Shown here piece after piece: positions 47,962-58,700 of a stretch of DNA of 64,000 bases. Where the stretch lies: positions 82,766 to 146,765 of the forward strand of contig JAHIPV010000013.1 of NCBI GenBank assembly GCA_018902845.1, written 5' to 3'. The stretch comes from Patescibacteria group bacterium (lineage in GTDB: Bacteria; Patescibacteriota; Microgenomatia; UBA12405). Under the pieces are notes generated by a model. The model did not search any database. It worked only from the letters and a program-made list of their open reading frames with translations, and was not told the DNA's origin. Every line of letters starts with the position of its first letter. Positions within the stretch are counted from its first letter, which is position 1. The translations under genes and the position numbers were made by a program.

Positions 47962-48748
47962 CTTCTCTCCACTTCTTGATCCTTTCATGATCCCCGGACA
48001 AAAGTATTTCCGGCACTTCATACCCCATAAACTCCCTTGGTCTGGTATATTGGGGATACTCTACTTTTCTCACTTTTTTTCCTTTAATCTTCACTTCCGA
48101 AAAACTATCGATCTCTTTCGATTCTTCTTTTCCCAAAACATCAGGTAAAAGTCTTGTTACACTATCAATCAATATCATGGCCGGTATTTCTCCACCCGTT
48201 AATACATAGTCACCTATCGATATGACCTCATCTACCATGTAATCCATTACTCTCTGATCAAAGCCTTCATAATGCCCACACAGCAAAATCAAATTGTCCA
48301 ATCTAGACAACTCCTCCGCCTTTTTCTGCGTATATCTTTCTCCTTTAGCCGACAAAACCACCACTTTTATTACAGGCCTGTCGTTGCCTGTTTTTGTAGG
48401 GGCGACCCTTGCGGTCGCCCGCAGATGTGTCGACCTGTCCGCCCTTGATGGATCTCGTCGCAGTTTAGTATTTCCTTTCTTCTTTTTTGTTTTATTTGGA
48501 AATTTAAATTTTAGATTTTGGGCTTTAACGCCATTTATAGCCTCATATACCACATCCGCCCTTATTAGCATTCCCGCTCCGCCTCCAAATGGTTTATCAT
48601 CTACAGTTCCATAATCATCAATCGCCCAATCTCTTAAATTATGTATATCAAGCTCCAAGATCTTATTCTTAACGGCTCTGCCAATCATACTTTCCTCAAA
48701 AACCGACTCAAACATTTTTGGAAACAAACTTACCACATCAATTTTCAT
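47942..48748 (-). CDS. trmD: tRNA (guanine-N1)-methyltransferase with an internal repeat-derived insertion
   Basis: VDDKPFGGGAGM, CGHYEGFDQR, SIGDYVLTGGE, EYPQYTRP, LLSGDH. Confidence 0.97.
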   Translation of the reverse strand: MKIDVVSLFPKMFESVFEESMIGRAVKNKILELDIHNLRDWAIDDYGTVDDKPFGGGAGMLIRADVVYEAINGVKAQNLKFKFPNKTKKKKGNTKLRRDPSRADRSTHLRATARVAPTKTGNDRPVIKVVVLSAKGERYTQKKAEELSRLDNLILLCGHYEGFDQRVMDYMVDEVISIGDYVLTGGEIPAMILIDSVTRLLPDVLGKEESKEIDSFSEVKIKGKKVRKVEYPQYTRPREFMGYEVPEILLSGDHERIKKWREAKTRCR

Positions 48749-48819
48749 ATTTGATTTTACCAAATTACTACACCCTATCTTCTTTTAATCTCCATATATT
48801 TTTATTATAATAAAAATAT

Positions 48820-49110
48820 ATGGCTGACAGAATAATCCCTGCTCAAATAGACCCAATCGATTTTTGGGGAAATTCAACCAAGGCATTGCTAGGTTCAGCC
48901 AGACAAGCAATTGATTGTGGGGAGTGTACAGGAGAGATTATTAATGTTCGGCAAAGAAAACCACTAAAAAAAAGACAACTATTGCAAGTACTAGTCGATT
49001 GTCGCGACGGTCCGCCAGCCAAAGAACCACACCCTCCTTGTTATAGAGAAGTCCTACCATCAAAACAAGGGCCAATCATAATTCGTTTAAATCAGTCTTC
49101 TTCTTCTTAA
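48820..49110 (+). CDS. Hypothetical protein
   Basis: 96-aa ORF with TATAAT upstream; no motif. Confidence 0.5.
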   Translation: MADRIIPAQIDPIDFWGNSTKALLGSARQAIDCGECTGEIINVRQRKPLKKRQLLQVLVDCRDGPPAKEPHPPCYREVLPSKQGPIIIRLNQSSSS

Positions 49111-49537
49111 AATCCCTATCGTTTCATCAGCAATCTCGCCACATCGATTTTTATAAATCCACAGTTCCCAAGTCTTGGCAATTTTCACCAACGCCACGTG
49201 CCGTTTTCAAAACTCTTCTTGCGAAAGGTTTCACGTCTTTTTCTAAGTCTTTTGCTATTTGTCGTAAAATCGGTCTTATATGTACGAGTTCTCTCCTGTC
49301 TACGGTTCTAACTCTCATCAGCTGTTGTGTAAGTAACCCTCCTTCACCAGCCTCGCCTCCCAAATTGTGTATAAGCAACTCTTGTTACTCCATCATTCCC
49401 CACTTCGCGTACTAAAGAACGAACCACCTTCATAAACTAAGTATAACATGCCTGTTTTCACTATTTATTTTCAAAATTTATACTGTTATTATTTTTTAAT
49501 GCCCCAGTTATAAAGTTATAAAATTAAACTCTAACTG

Positions 49538-50146
49538 GTGATATATAAAAAAGGTAAATTTTTCGTTATTTACGGATCAAACAATTTAGGTAAAAGCACT
49601 CTTAGCAAAGGAATTGCTCACTATCTTGAATGGGGAGGTTTTCCTGTTAGATATATAAAATATCCGGTTTATAGTCTGAAACCGACTGGGCCACAGATAA
49701 ACGCATATCTTCGAAAAGGAAATCCAAAAAAATTGACCATGTTTGCAGCTCAAAAAATATATGCCCAAAACCGCAGAGATTTTGAACCCAAGCTAATAGA
49801 CACAATCAATAGGGGTATTAGCGTTATTGCTGAAGATTATATAGGAACAGGAATAGCTTGGGGCATGACCAAGAATGTATCACAAGAATTATTGGAACAA
49901 ATCAACAGCAATCTGCTGGATCCTGATCTGGCCATCCTTGTTGATGGTAATAGGTTCAATTCTGGCATTGAGCCCAATCACACACACGAAAGCTTAAATG
50001 AATTATGGCAGACAAATCGCCAAATACATCTAGAATTAGCCAAAAAATACAATTGGAAAATAATCAATACCAACAAACCAATAAAAAAAGTCCTACAGGA
50101 TGCACTTCTGCATATTCTGCCTCTACTTAAAAATCGCTTTGTTTAA
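49538..50146 (+). CDS. tmk: Thymidylate kinase
   Basis: GSNNLGKST P-loop, KYP, QNR, EDY.GTGIAWG, PDL. Confidence 0.8.
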   Translation: MIYKKGKFFVIYGSNNLGKSTLSKGIAHYLEWGGFPVRYIKYPVYSLKPTGPQINAYLRKGNPKKLTMFAAQKIYAQNRRDFEPKLIDTINRGISVIAEDYIGTGIAWGMTKNVSQELLEQINSNLLDPDLAILVDGNRFNSGIEPNHTHESLNELWQTNRQIHLELAKKYNWKIINTNKPIKKVLQDALLHILPLLKNRFV

Positions 50147-50173
50147 TTTCTTTTTTTGTGGCAAACTTAAGAT

Positions 50174-51397
50174 ATGTCAAAACACAAGCGAATGCGCAGT
50201 CCGCCTCTGGAGGAAGCAAAAACTCAAACCGCAGTTTTAGTGATTCCAACCTACAATGAGGCCGAAAACATCGGTCTTATGATGGATCATCTTTTTAGCA
50301 AAACTTTCAAAAATATAAAAGCCAAAAAAGTAAACAAAAATAATTGGCAAATGAAAGTTCTGGTGGTTGACGGAAATTCTCCCGATGGCACCGGCAAAGT
50401 AGTCAAGCAAAAAGCCAAAAAATACAAAGATATTTACTTATATACCGAAACCAGCAAAGACGGTATTGGCGCCGCCTATCTAAAAGGTTTTAAATATGCC
50501 ATCAATAAGTTAAAAGCTGATTTTGTTTTTGAATTTGACGGTGATTTTCAGCACCCTCCCGAGTCTATTCCCATCATGTTGAAAGCCGTAGAAGATGGTT
50601 GTGACTATGTAATCGGATCTCGAAAAATAGAAGGTGGCTCTAATCCGGAAGGTTGGGGGTTCAAAAGAGTTTTCTTTTCCGAAGTCGGCGGTTTCACGGC
50701 TCGTTTCATTTTATTTTTCCCTTTCAAAAACTTTTTCAAAGTTACCGATCCCACCACCGGTCTAAAAGTTACCCGAGTTAAAGGCTTTTTGGACAAACTA
50801 GACATGGATTATCATAATCTTTATTCAAAAAGTTTTGGCTATAAACTGGAATTACTCTTTAATACCTTAAAGTTAAAACCAAAATTCAAAGAAATCCCTC
50901 TAAAATTTCAAGTCAGGACAGCCGGTGAATCAAAAATTCAAACTCAAACCGCCAAAGATATTTTTAGAGTTGCCGTACTTCTTCGCTGGCATGACGATTT
51001 TACCCAAAAATTCCTCAAATTTGGCACAGTCGGATTTATAGGCTATCTTGTCAATGCCACCCTTTTAAGTTTTATTTCAAAAAAATGGGGCATAGAATGG
51101 CTTTCTTGGCTTCTGTCCACAGAAGCTGCCATTATCAGTAATTTCACCCTTAACAATCTCTGGACTTTCAAATCAGATGAGATAAAAGGTTTAAAAATTA
51201 TTGGCAAATTCCTTCAGTTTAATTTTACCTCCATGGGGGCTTTATTGATCCAAACCATTATGGGTACAATCGGAGTTTATTTAACTAGCCCGGAGTACCG
51301 CCAGCTCCTTTTGCCCTTTATTATCGTCTTTATAGTTTTACCTTACAACTGGTTCATGTATAATAAGGTAATTTGGAAGAAGAAAAGTGGAAAGTAG
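50174..51397 (+). CDS. GT2 polyprenol-phosphate glycosyltransferase fused to a GtrA flippase domain
   Basis: IPTYNEAENI, VVDGNSPDGT, FDGDFQHPP, IGSR; FLKFGTVG...NFTLNNLWTF. Confidence 0.92.
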   Translation: MSKHKRMRSPPLEEAKTQTAVLVIPTYNEAENIGLMMDHLFSKTFKNIKAKKVNKNNWQMKVLVVDGNSPDGTGKVVKQKAKKYKDIYLYTETSKDGIGAAYLKGFKYAINKLKADFVFEFDGDFQHPPESIPIMLKAVEDGCDYVIGSRKIEGGSNPEGWGFKRVFFSEVGGFTARFILFFPFKNFFKVTDPTTGLKVTRVKGFLDKLDMDYHNLYSKSFGYKLELLFNTLKLKPKFKEIPLKFQVRTAGESKIQTQTAKDIFRVAVLLRWHDDFTQKFLKFGTVGFIGYLVNATLLSFISKKWGIEWLSWLLSTEAAIISNFTLNNLWTFKSDEIKGLKIIGKFLQFNFTSMGALLIQTIMGTIGVYLTSPEYRQLLLPFIIVFIVLPYNWFMYNKVIWKKKSGK

Positions 51398-51641
51398 AAC
51401 AAAATTATCTTTTGAGAAACAAAAAGCTGTAAGTTTAGTTGTTGATGATATGGTCAATCTTTTATTGCAACCTGCCCCATCTGAAAGTCAAGAAAGAATT
51501 CAGAGACACGAAGCAAAAATCGATCTAAGAAACAGATTGGCACAACTTGTTCCGAAATACAAAAAAGCTCATTACATGGGAATTGCAATGCAAAAAGCAA
51601 ACGAAATCAGGCGAGAAAGAGCCAGAAACTCTTCAAATTGA
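51387..51641 (+). CDS. Hypothetical protein
   Basis: 84-aa ORF overlapping the previous stop codon. Confidence 0.5.
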   Translation: MESRTKLSFEKQKAVSLVVDDMVNLLLQPAPSESQERIQRHEAKIDLRNRLAQLVPKYKKAHYMGIAMQKANEIRRERARNSSN

Positions 51642-51666
51642 CACAAACGTACATTTGTGGTAACTT
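51638..51666 (+). promoter_or_regulatory. sigma70 promoter with operator palindrome for the TA operon
   Basis: TTGACA-17 nt-TAACTT; CACAAAcGTACaTTTGTG near-palindrome in the spacer. Confidence 0.7.
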
Positions 51667-51672
51667 ATTGAC

Positions 51673-51984
51673 ATGAAAACAACAAATACTCAAATAATTA
51701 GCGCCACTCAAGTCCGAAACAACTTTTTTAATCTTTTAACACAAGGTTATTTAAAACAACAAACTTATATCATCAAAAAAGGCGGAATCCCCTTAATGCG
51801 TCTTGCCCCTCTTGACGATATTCATTTTGACTATATAGAAAAAGCCGAGAAAAAAATCAGCTTAACAAAAGAACAAACAGATCAATTGGCTCTTTTAGAG
51901 GAAATGGCCAAAATCAGAAAGACAATGAAAAAAACATCCGACTCCGCAATAATGCTTAGAAAAATGAGAAGACATGGCAAATAA
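51673..51984 (+). CDS. Phd/YefM-family antitoxin
   Basis: ISATQVRNNFFNLL...YII.K.G.P. Confidence 0.85.
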   Translation: MKTTNTQIISATQVRNNFFNLLTQGYLKQQTYIIKKGGIPLMRLAPLDDIHFDYIEKAEKKISLTKEQTDQLALLEEMAKIRKTMKKTSDSAIMLRKMRRHGK

Positions 51985-52426
51985 GAAAAAATATTGTTTT
52001 GACGCTAATATCATTATCAAGCTGATCATCGAAGAAGATTATTCAGACAAAGCCAAGCATCTTTTTGTCCAAATTATCAAAGACGACAAAACAATCATCT
52101 CGCCTTCTTTTGCAAAAGTAGAAATATTTTCAGTGTTAAGAAAAAAAATATTTTTCAAAAAACTTAATCAAGCCAAGCTTGCAAAGAACCTACTAAAACT
52201 TCCGAAATTAAAAATCAATTACATATCCGAAAACTGGAAATTGCTGGATTTAGCCATGGAATTAGCCAAAAAATTAAAAGAAACAGTAGTTTATGATTGT
52301 ATCTATCTTGCCTTAGCCAAACAGCAAAAAGCAATTTTTGTCACAGCTGATAAAAAATTCTTTAACAAAGCCAAAACAGTCTACAAACCCTCCCTTCTTC
52401 TTTCCCAATACAAACCAACTAAATAG
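51974..52426 (+). CDS. vapC: VapC/PIN-domain toxin
   Basis: FDANII, E, VYDCIYLALA, VTADKK. Confidence 0.9.
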   Translation: MANKKKYCFDANIIIKLIIEEDYSDKAKHLFVQIIKDDKTIISPSFAKVEIFSVLRKKIFFKKLNQAKLAKNLLKLPKLKINYISENWKLLDLAMELAKKLKETVVYDCIYLALAKQQKAIFVTADKKFFNKAKTVYKPSLLLSQYKPTK

Positions 52427-52484
52427 AATCAGGTATCATTTCGTAGACACTAAGTTTTAAACCTGTCTAAAATTTTAATTTTTA

Positions 52485-52556
52485 GCGCCCATAGTTCAAT
52501 GGATAGAACACTAGCCTCCGAAGCTAGCGATGAAGGTTCAACCCCCTCTGGGCGTA
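52485..52556 (+). tRNA. tRNA-Arg(CCG)
   Basis: GCGCCCA/TGGGCGT acceptor; CTAGC-CTCCGAA-GCTAG anticodon arm; one T-stem mismatch. Confidence 0.9.
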
Positions 52557-52588
52557 CACATTTTTAGGTTATAATTCTAAATAGAAAA

Positions 52589-54742
52589 ATGAAATTCAAA
52601 TCAAACCCAAAAATTTTTAATGACAAAATCATTATTGCCAAAATAACCAATCTTGCCAATCATCCAAACGCCGACAAACTTCAAATTGTTACTTTAGATA
52701 TAAAATCTAAAAAACCAGTCCATATTGTTTGTGGAGCAAATAATCTAAAAACCAATCAAATAGTCCCACTTGTTCTACCAGACGGGCAAGTTTTGGATCC
52801 AAAGAACAATTTGTTTTCAATCTCTGTTGCAAAAATTAGAGATGTAGAGTCACACGGAATGATCTGCTCGCCCGCCGAATTGGGAGTTGGCAGTGATAGT
52901 CAAAACATCTGGATTTTGCCAAACAGACTTAAAAAACACATCGGTAAACCCTTATCAAGCTTTTTAGACACTCTACGATTACCGCTAAAGTTAGTTAAAA
53001 ATAAGCAAAAAAAAATAAAACAGGACACACAAACTGTCAAAAATCTTAAAGACTATATTCTAAAAGCTTGTAAAAAACTAAACCTAGAAATCGATCAAAA
53101 TCAGATTATCCTTACTCACCCTCCCGACTCAAAATTCGGTCATTTTTCCGCTAATATCGCTTTTATTTTGGCCAAAAAATTAAAACAAAATCCTATTAAA
53201 TTAGCCGACCAATTCAAAAAAGAACTGGACAATATCGTTGACAAAAACACTCTAGTTGAAAAAATCGAAATCGCCCCTCCTGGATTCATAAACTTCTATT
53301 TTAAAAAAGACTTTCTTCTCAAACAAGCCGAAAAGCTGAATTATCAAATCGAATTTAAAAAATCACTCAAGCAATACAATCATGGCAAAACTGTAGTAAT
53401 CGACTATTCAGCCCCAAATATCGCCAAACCCTTTGGTATTGGCCATCTTAGGTCAACAAACATTGGCCAAGCTATTTACAACACCTACAAAATCTTAGGT
53501 TGGAATTGTATTGGCGATAATCACTTAGGCGATTGGGGAACTCAGTTTGGAAAACTCATAGTAGCCATAAAAAAATGGGCCACCAAAGACATTTCAAAAA
53601 TGAGTATTAGTGATCTAGAAAAACTTTATGTCAAATTTCACACCAAATCAAAAGAAGATGAATCGCTAATCACGGCCGGCCGTCAATGGTTTTCAAAATT
53701 AGAAAAAGGCGACACAGAAGCTCGTCAACTTTGGCAACAATGCGTTGATATTTCACTAAAAGAATTCAACAGAGTATATGAATTACTGGATATAAAAACA
53801 GACTACGCTTATGGAGAATCTTTTTATCTAAAAATGCTTCCAAATATTATTCAGCAATTTGTTGACAAAAAGATTGCCACCAAAAGTCAAGGAGCTTTAA
53901 TAGTTGAATTTGATAATTTACCACCGGCTATCTTGCAAAAATCAGATGGTGCTACCACTTATCTTACCCGCGATCTTGCCACAATTAAATATCGATTAGA
54001 TACATGGAACCCGGATTTAATAATTTATGAAGTCGGAGCCGATCAGACTTTACACTTTAAACAAGTATTTCAAGCCGTCAAAAAAATCGGATGGAAAACA
54101 GAATTTATTCACATAGCCCATGGTTTAATTCGCTGGCCAACCGGCAAATTCTCCACCAGAAAAGGTGACACCATCCATCTTTCTAATGTTATAGATAAAG
54201 CCATCAAAAAAGCCACCAAAATCGCTAAATCCAGTTTAATAAATAAAACTCTTACTTCTACCCAAAAAAAAGACATGATCAATGCAGTTGCCATAGGTGC
54301 AATTAAGTTTAACGATCTGGTCCAAGACCCAAAAAGAGACATTATCTTCGATTGGAACAAAATTATGGGTTTGCAGGGTGATTCTGGCCCATATCTCCAA
54401 TACACCTATGCCAGATGCAAAAGCGTCTTGGCTAAAACCAAAATCAAAGAACAAAAGAACCTTAATAATTTACCCCAGCAAATTAATCACGAAGAACAAC
54501 AGCTTCTTGATATTTTTTACCAATTTAAAGAAAAAATAATCGAATCAGCTCAGCGCTTTTCACCTTCTGTCATTTGCCAATATTTGCTTTCAGTAGCCCG
54601 AGCTTACAATGAATTTTATTCAAAACACAAAATAATAGGGGATAAACAAGAAATTTTTAGAATCTTTTTGACTCAAGCTACCAGCAATGTTCTTAAAACA
54701 GGTCTAAACCTTTTGGGTATCAAAGCAGTAGAAAAAATGTAA
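52589..54742 (+). CDS. argS: Arginine--tRNA ligase with N-terminal tRNA-binding OB-fold domain
   Basis: DYSAPNIAKPFGIGHLRST, HLGDWGTQFG, KFSTRKG, YLQYTYAR; N-terminus HPNADKL, IVCGA, S.GMICS..ELG. Confidence 0.96.
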   Translation: MKFKSNPKIFNDKIIIAKITNLANHPNADKLQIVTLDIKSKKPVHIVCGANNLKTNQIVPLVLPDGQVLDPKNNLFSISVAKIRDVESHGMICSPAELGVGSDSQNIWILPNRLKKHIGKPLSSFLDTLRLPLKLVKNKQKKIKQDTQTVKNLKDYILKACKKLNLEIDQNQIILTHPPDSKFGHFSANIAFILAKKLKQNPIKLADQFKKELDNIVDKNTLVEKIEIAPPGFINFYFKKDFLLKQAEKLNYQIEFKKSLKQYNHGKTVVIDYSAPNIAKPFGIGHLRSTNIGQAIYNTYKILGWNCIGDNHLGDWGTQFGKLIVAIKKWATKDISKMSISDLEKLYVKFHTKSKEDESLITAGRQWFSKLEKGDTEARQLWQQCVDISLKEFNRVYELLDIKTDYAYGESFYLKMLPNIIQQFVDKKIATKSQGALIVEFDNLPPAILQKSDGATTYLTRDLATIKYRLDTWNPDLIIYEVGADQTLHFKQVFQAVKKIGWKTEFIHIAHGLIRWPTGKFSTRKGDTIHLSNVIDKAIKKATKIAKSSLINKTLTSTQKKDMINAVAIGAIKFNDLVQDPKRDIIFDWNKIMGLQGDSGPYLQYTYARCKSVLAKTKIKEQKNLNNLPQQINHEEQQLLDIFYQFKEKIIESAQRFSPSVICQYLLSVARAYNEFYSKHKIIGDKQEIFRIFLTQATSNVLKTGLNLLGIKAVEKM

Positions 54743-57121
54743 TCACTCAAATACTCTTTTATATATATCCCCGTAATTTTCCACCGGCACAAATTCAATG
54801 TCTTTCTTTACCTCTTTTGGAATTTTAATCAAATCTTTTTTATTGTCTTTTGGGATCAAAATAGTTTTTAATCCGGCTCTGTGTCCCGCAATTGCTTTTT
54901 CTTTCAATCCTCCAATTTCAAGCACATAACCTCTTATTGTTATTTCTCCTGTCATACCAACATCTCTTGGCACTTTTTTACCTGTTAAGGCAGAAATCAA
55001 AGCAGTAGTTATGGCTCCGCCAGCCGATGGTCCGTCTTTTGGTGTTGCTCCTTCCGGCACATGGATATGAATGTCAATTTTAGAAAAATCCTGTTTGATC
55101 TTAAATTTTTTGGCTTGACTTCTGACATAAGACAAAGCCGCCTGACAAGATTCTTTCATCACGTCTCCCAAGGTTCCTGTCAATATTAACTTTCCCTTTC
55201 CTTTCATTATGTTAACTTCGACAAACAATATTGACCCTCCCACCGGAGACCAAGCCAAACCTGTCGACACTCCTACGTCATCTTTTTTACCCTTGACTTG
55301 CGAAGAATATCTTTCCGGCCCCAGCATTTTTTTGATAGCGATTTTACTGCTTATATTTATTTTTTTAATTTTTTTGCTTACTATTTTTTTGGCGATTTTT
55401 CTAAAAACACTGGCCCAAACTCTCTCTAGCCCCCTTACCCCCGCTTCTCTGGTGAATTTCTCAATCATAAAACGATGAATTTCATCACTTATCCGTCCAG
55501 TATCTTTTATCTTTAATCCGTTGAGTTTCAGTTGTTTTTTAATTAAATATTTTTTGGCAATTTTTAATTTTTCCTCCATGGTATAACCGGAAAATTCTAT
55601 TATTTCCACTCTATCGCGCAAAGGTCCGGGAATTTGGGAAACATCGTTACCCGTCAATATAAAAAACACTTGGGATAAATCCAGTGGGAAATCTAAATAA
55701 TGATCCACAAATTCTTTATTCTGTTCCGGATCTAGAGTTTCCAGTAAAGCCGCCGACGGGTCCCCTCTGTAATCATTTCCAACTTTATCTATCTCATCCA
55801 ACATGAATACTGGATTCATACTCTCGGCGTTTTTAAGTCCTTTTACAATTCTGCCCGGCATAGCTCCAACATAAGTTCTTCTATGCCCCCTGATTTCAGC
55901 CTCATCTCTAATTCCGCCTACTGAACTTCGTACAAACTTTCTTCCCATGGCTTCAGCAATAGATCTTCCTATTGAAGTTTTGCCTACACCCGGAGGGCCA
56001 ACAAAACACAATATGTTAGTCATTTTTTGTTTTTCGCTGGATTTATAGCCATTTTTTTCTTTTAGCTTCATTACCGCCAAATATTCCAAAATTCTTTCTT
56101 TAACATCTTTTAGGCCATAATGCTCCCTATTCAAAATAGACATTGATTTTTTTATATCAACCTTAGTTTTTCCATACTTTCCCCAGGGCAAATCAACCAC
56201 TATTCCCAGATAAGTTCGAATATAACTAGCTTCCGGAGCCATTGAGTTCATTTCCAAAAGTCTTTTGTGTTCCTTTAATATCTTCTTTTTAATATCTTTT
56301 GGCATTTTTGATTTTCTTATTTTCTTTTCCAATTCATCTGCCTCGCCGTTTCCGCCTTTTCCCAGTTTTTTTAGTTCTTTTTCAATCTGTTTTTTTCTTT
56401 CCTCTAAGACATTTCTCTTCATGCCTTTGTTAAACTTCAGTTGTGTTTTTTTCTCTATATCTTTTTCCAGTTCAGCTATTTTCATCTCCTTGATAAGCAT
56501 TTCGGTAGCCATTTTAAGTCTTTTGCTAACCGTTAATGTTTCCAGGAGTTTTTGTTTTTCTTCTATTTTTCCCTCCACTGAAAAACAAACCTGATCAGCC
56601 AAATCGCTGGAAGATATGCCTGTGCTTAATCGCATCATGGCCGGTAAGTCAAACTGTCTGCCCAAAGAAAAAGCTTTTTTCAACTGACTCAACACCGCTT
56701 CGGCTTCTTTTTGTATGTCGGTAATAGACTCGGTAACAATAGGTAAATCCGTAAATTCAGCCAATAAATGAGGTTCACTTTTTAATATCTTTAATATTTT
56801 GACTCTGGAAAGACCGGTTACCACTACATGCAAATTATCGTCAGTTTGCAATATATGCTCTATCCTTGCAATTACACCGGTAGAATAAAGATCTTCAATG
56901 CCTGGTTTTTCAGTTTTTGTATTTTTTTGAGTACAAATCAAAACCATCCTGCCACTTTTGTCACAGGAAGTAGCTACGGCCGATTTTGACATTGGTCGTC
57001 CCACAAAAAGAGACGCCTCTACAGAGGGAAATAAAACAAGATTTCTTAACGGAATCAATGGCAATATCTTTACCCTAGATTCTACTACCTTTTCGCTTTT
57101 TTCTATCCTTATTTCGTTCAT
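54743..57121 (-). CDS. lon: Lon protease
   Basis: GPPGVGKTS, RGHRRTYVGAMPG, PKDGPSAG, IGGLKEK. Confidence 0.98.
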   Translation of the reverse strand: MNEIRIEKSEKVVESRVKILPLIPLRNLVLFPSVEASLFVGRPMSKSAVATSCDKSGRMVLICTQKNTKTEKPGIEDLYSTGVIARIEHILQTDDNLHVVVTGLSRVKILKILKSEPHLLAEFTDLPIVTESITDIQKEAEAVLSQLKKAFSLGRQFDLPAMMRLSTGISSSDLADQVCFSVEGKIEEKQKLLETLTVSKRLKMATEMLIKEMKIAELEKDIEKKTQLKFNKGMKRNVLEERKKQIEKELKKLGKGGNGEADELEKKIRKSKMPKDIKKKILKEHKRLLEMNSMAPEASYIRTYLGIVVDLPWGKYGKTKVDIKKSMSILNREHYGLKDVKERILEYLAVMKLKEKNGYKSSEKQKMTNILCFVGPPGVGKTSIGRSIAEAMGRKFVRSSVGGIRDEAEIRGHRRTYVGAMPGRIVKGLKNAESMNPVFMLDEIDKVGNDYRGDPSAALLETLDPEQNKEFVDHYLDFPLDLSQVFFILTGNDVSQIPGPLRDRVEIIEFSGYTMEEKLKIAKKYLIKKQLKLNGLKIKDTGRISDEIHRFMIEKFTREAGVRGLERVWASVFRKIAKKIVSKKIKKINISSKIAIKKMLGPERYSSQVKGKKDDVGVSTGLAWSPVGGSILFVEVNIMKGKGKLILTGTLGDVMKESCQAALSYVRSQAKKFKIKQDFSKIDIHIHVPEGATPKDGPSAGGAITTALISALTGKKVPRDVGMTGEITIRGYVLEIGGLKEKAIAGHRAGLKTILIPKDNKKDLIKIPKEVKKDIEFVPVENYGDIYKRVFE

Positions 57122-57293
57122 CTTCTTAGCAGTCTATCACCTAACCTGCCAACCGTCAAATAGAGTTAGTAAATGGGATTCTTCTCCGTTTAAGGCGGAT
57201 CAGAATGACGTCTTTTCCATTCGTCATCCTGAGTGCAGCGAAGGATCCCGTTGGAAATGTAAGATCACCCTGTTTCTAACGTATAATACCACT

Positions 57294-58193
57294 ATGCCTA
57301 AAACTCAAAGTCAAAAATTTGGCCGGGTTGTTTTGCTCGGCCGTCCCAATGCCGGTAAATCTACCTTACTTAATCAAATAATCGGTCAAAAAGTTTCTAT
57401 AACCTCGCCTCGTCCTCAAACCACCCGAAAAAATACTCAAGCCCTTTTTGTAAGTTCCAAAGGCAAAATTATTTTTTCCGATACACCGGGTATCATGCAC
57501 AAGGTTGAAGACTTGATTGGCAAAAAAATAAATCTAAAAACCCCCAAAGAATTAAACAAGGCCGATCTTTTGGTTCTTTTGATTGATATTTCTCGGGCAA
57601 AAGGGGAAGAGGAAAACAGGGTAATCGGTTTAGCCAGAAACTCTCCGGCCAAAAAGATTTTGGCTTACAACAAAATTGATGTAGCCAAGGGTAAAAAAGA
57701 TTATCTCTCGGACTACAACTTTCTTGAAGAAGAATTTGACGGTGTTGTTGCTATCTCGGCTCTAAAAAGCACCCATGTAAAAAGCTTAATAGAAAAAATT
57801 TTTGATTTGCTTCCAGCCAAAGCACCGGTGGGGATAAAAAAAGACATTAAATTAATGGAATCCCAAAAATCTCCGATTTCTGATCAGTCGTCTGATACCT
57901 ATATAAGTGAAATAATCCGGGAAAAAGCATTTTTGGTATTAAGAAAAGAATTGCCCTATACTGTCAGCGTAGAAGTAAAAGAGATTAACGACAAAGGTAA
58001 TATAATAGTTATAAAGGCTAATCTTTTAACCACCGACAAAAGATACAAAAAAATGATCATAGGCAAAAAAGCCTCTACCATAAAGCTCATCGGTCAAAAA
58101 GCCAGAAGAGAACTTGAGCTTGTTTCACAAAGGAAGATTTACTTAGAGTTGACGGTTATTTCTGACCCTCACTGGCCCGAAAGATTTGTGTAG
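57294..58193 (+). CDS. era: GTPase Era
   Basis: GRPNAGKST, PQTTR, DTPG, NKID, ELPY; start at ATG 57294 after TATAAT. Confidence 0.95.
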   Translation: MPKTQSQKFGRVVLLGRPNAGKSTLLNQIIGQKVSITSPRPQTTRKNTQALFVSSKGKIIFSDTPGIMHKVEDLIGKKINLKTPKELNKADLLVLLIDISRAKGEEENRVIGLARNSPAKKILAYNKIDVAKGKKDYLSDYNFLEEEFDGVVAISALKSTHVKSLIEKIFDLLPAKAPVGIKKDIKLMESQKSPISDQSSDTYISEIIREKAFLVLRKELPYTVSVEVKEINDKGNIIVIKANLLTTDKRYKKMIIGKKASTIKLIGQKARRELELVSQRKIYLELTVISDPHWPERFV

Positions 58194-58205
58194 TATAATC
58201 ACACC

Positions 58206-58547
58206 ATGAAAACCAAAAATCCTACAAACCCTAAAGACTTTATAAATTTTCTCAAAAAAAACAACGTTTTAGGATTAGCTATTGGTGTAGTTATCGCCAA
58301 TGCCGCCAAAGATCTGGTTACTTCAATAGTAAACAATCTCATCATGCCTTTTGTTGGCATATTCACCCCAAACGGATCTTGGCGCCAAATTTCATTTACA
58401 ATTGTTAATTCTCAATTCAAAGTAGGGGAGTTAATCGGCGCTTTTGTTGATTTCTTTATCATCGCTTTCACTGTTTATTTCATTATGAAAAAACTCTTGA
58501 AAATAGACGACAAGAGCATTAAAGTAAAAAAACAAAAGCTGATATAA
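58206..58547 (+). CDS. mscL: Large-conductance mechanosensitive channel
   Basis: F..FL...NVLGLAIGVVI..A...LVTSIVNNLIMP. Confidence 0.88.
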   Translation: MKTKNPTNPKDFINFLKKNNVLGLAIGVVIANAAKDLVTSIVNNLIMPFVGIFTPNGSWRQISFTIVNSQFKVGELIGAFVDFFIIAFTVYFIMKKLLKIDDKSIKVKKQKLI

Positions 58548-58585
58548 TCTGTCCCAGTATCACATTTTTTTAAATTAAAGTCATT

Positions 58586-58692
58586 GTCATTCCGACTGAA
58601 ATGGAGGAATCTCTGAACTTGTTTCAGAAATCCCGCTATAAGCGGGATACCTCAGACAAGCTGAGAGATCCCTCGACTTCGCTCGGGATGAC
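58586..58692 (+). repeat. Composite GTCATTCCGA palindromic element related to the miaA 48-bp insert
   Basis: GTCATTCCGAC..AA..GGAGGAATCTCTGAACT.GTTTCAG ... CTCGGGATGAC. Confidence 0.8.
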
Positions 58693-58700
58693 ATCAAATC

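Noticed and set aside
56958-57293. Long N-terminal extension of Era in the ORF track
   Set aside because: It overlaps lon antisense and a repeat; the true start is ATG 57294 after TATAAT
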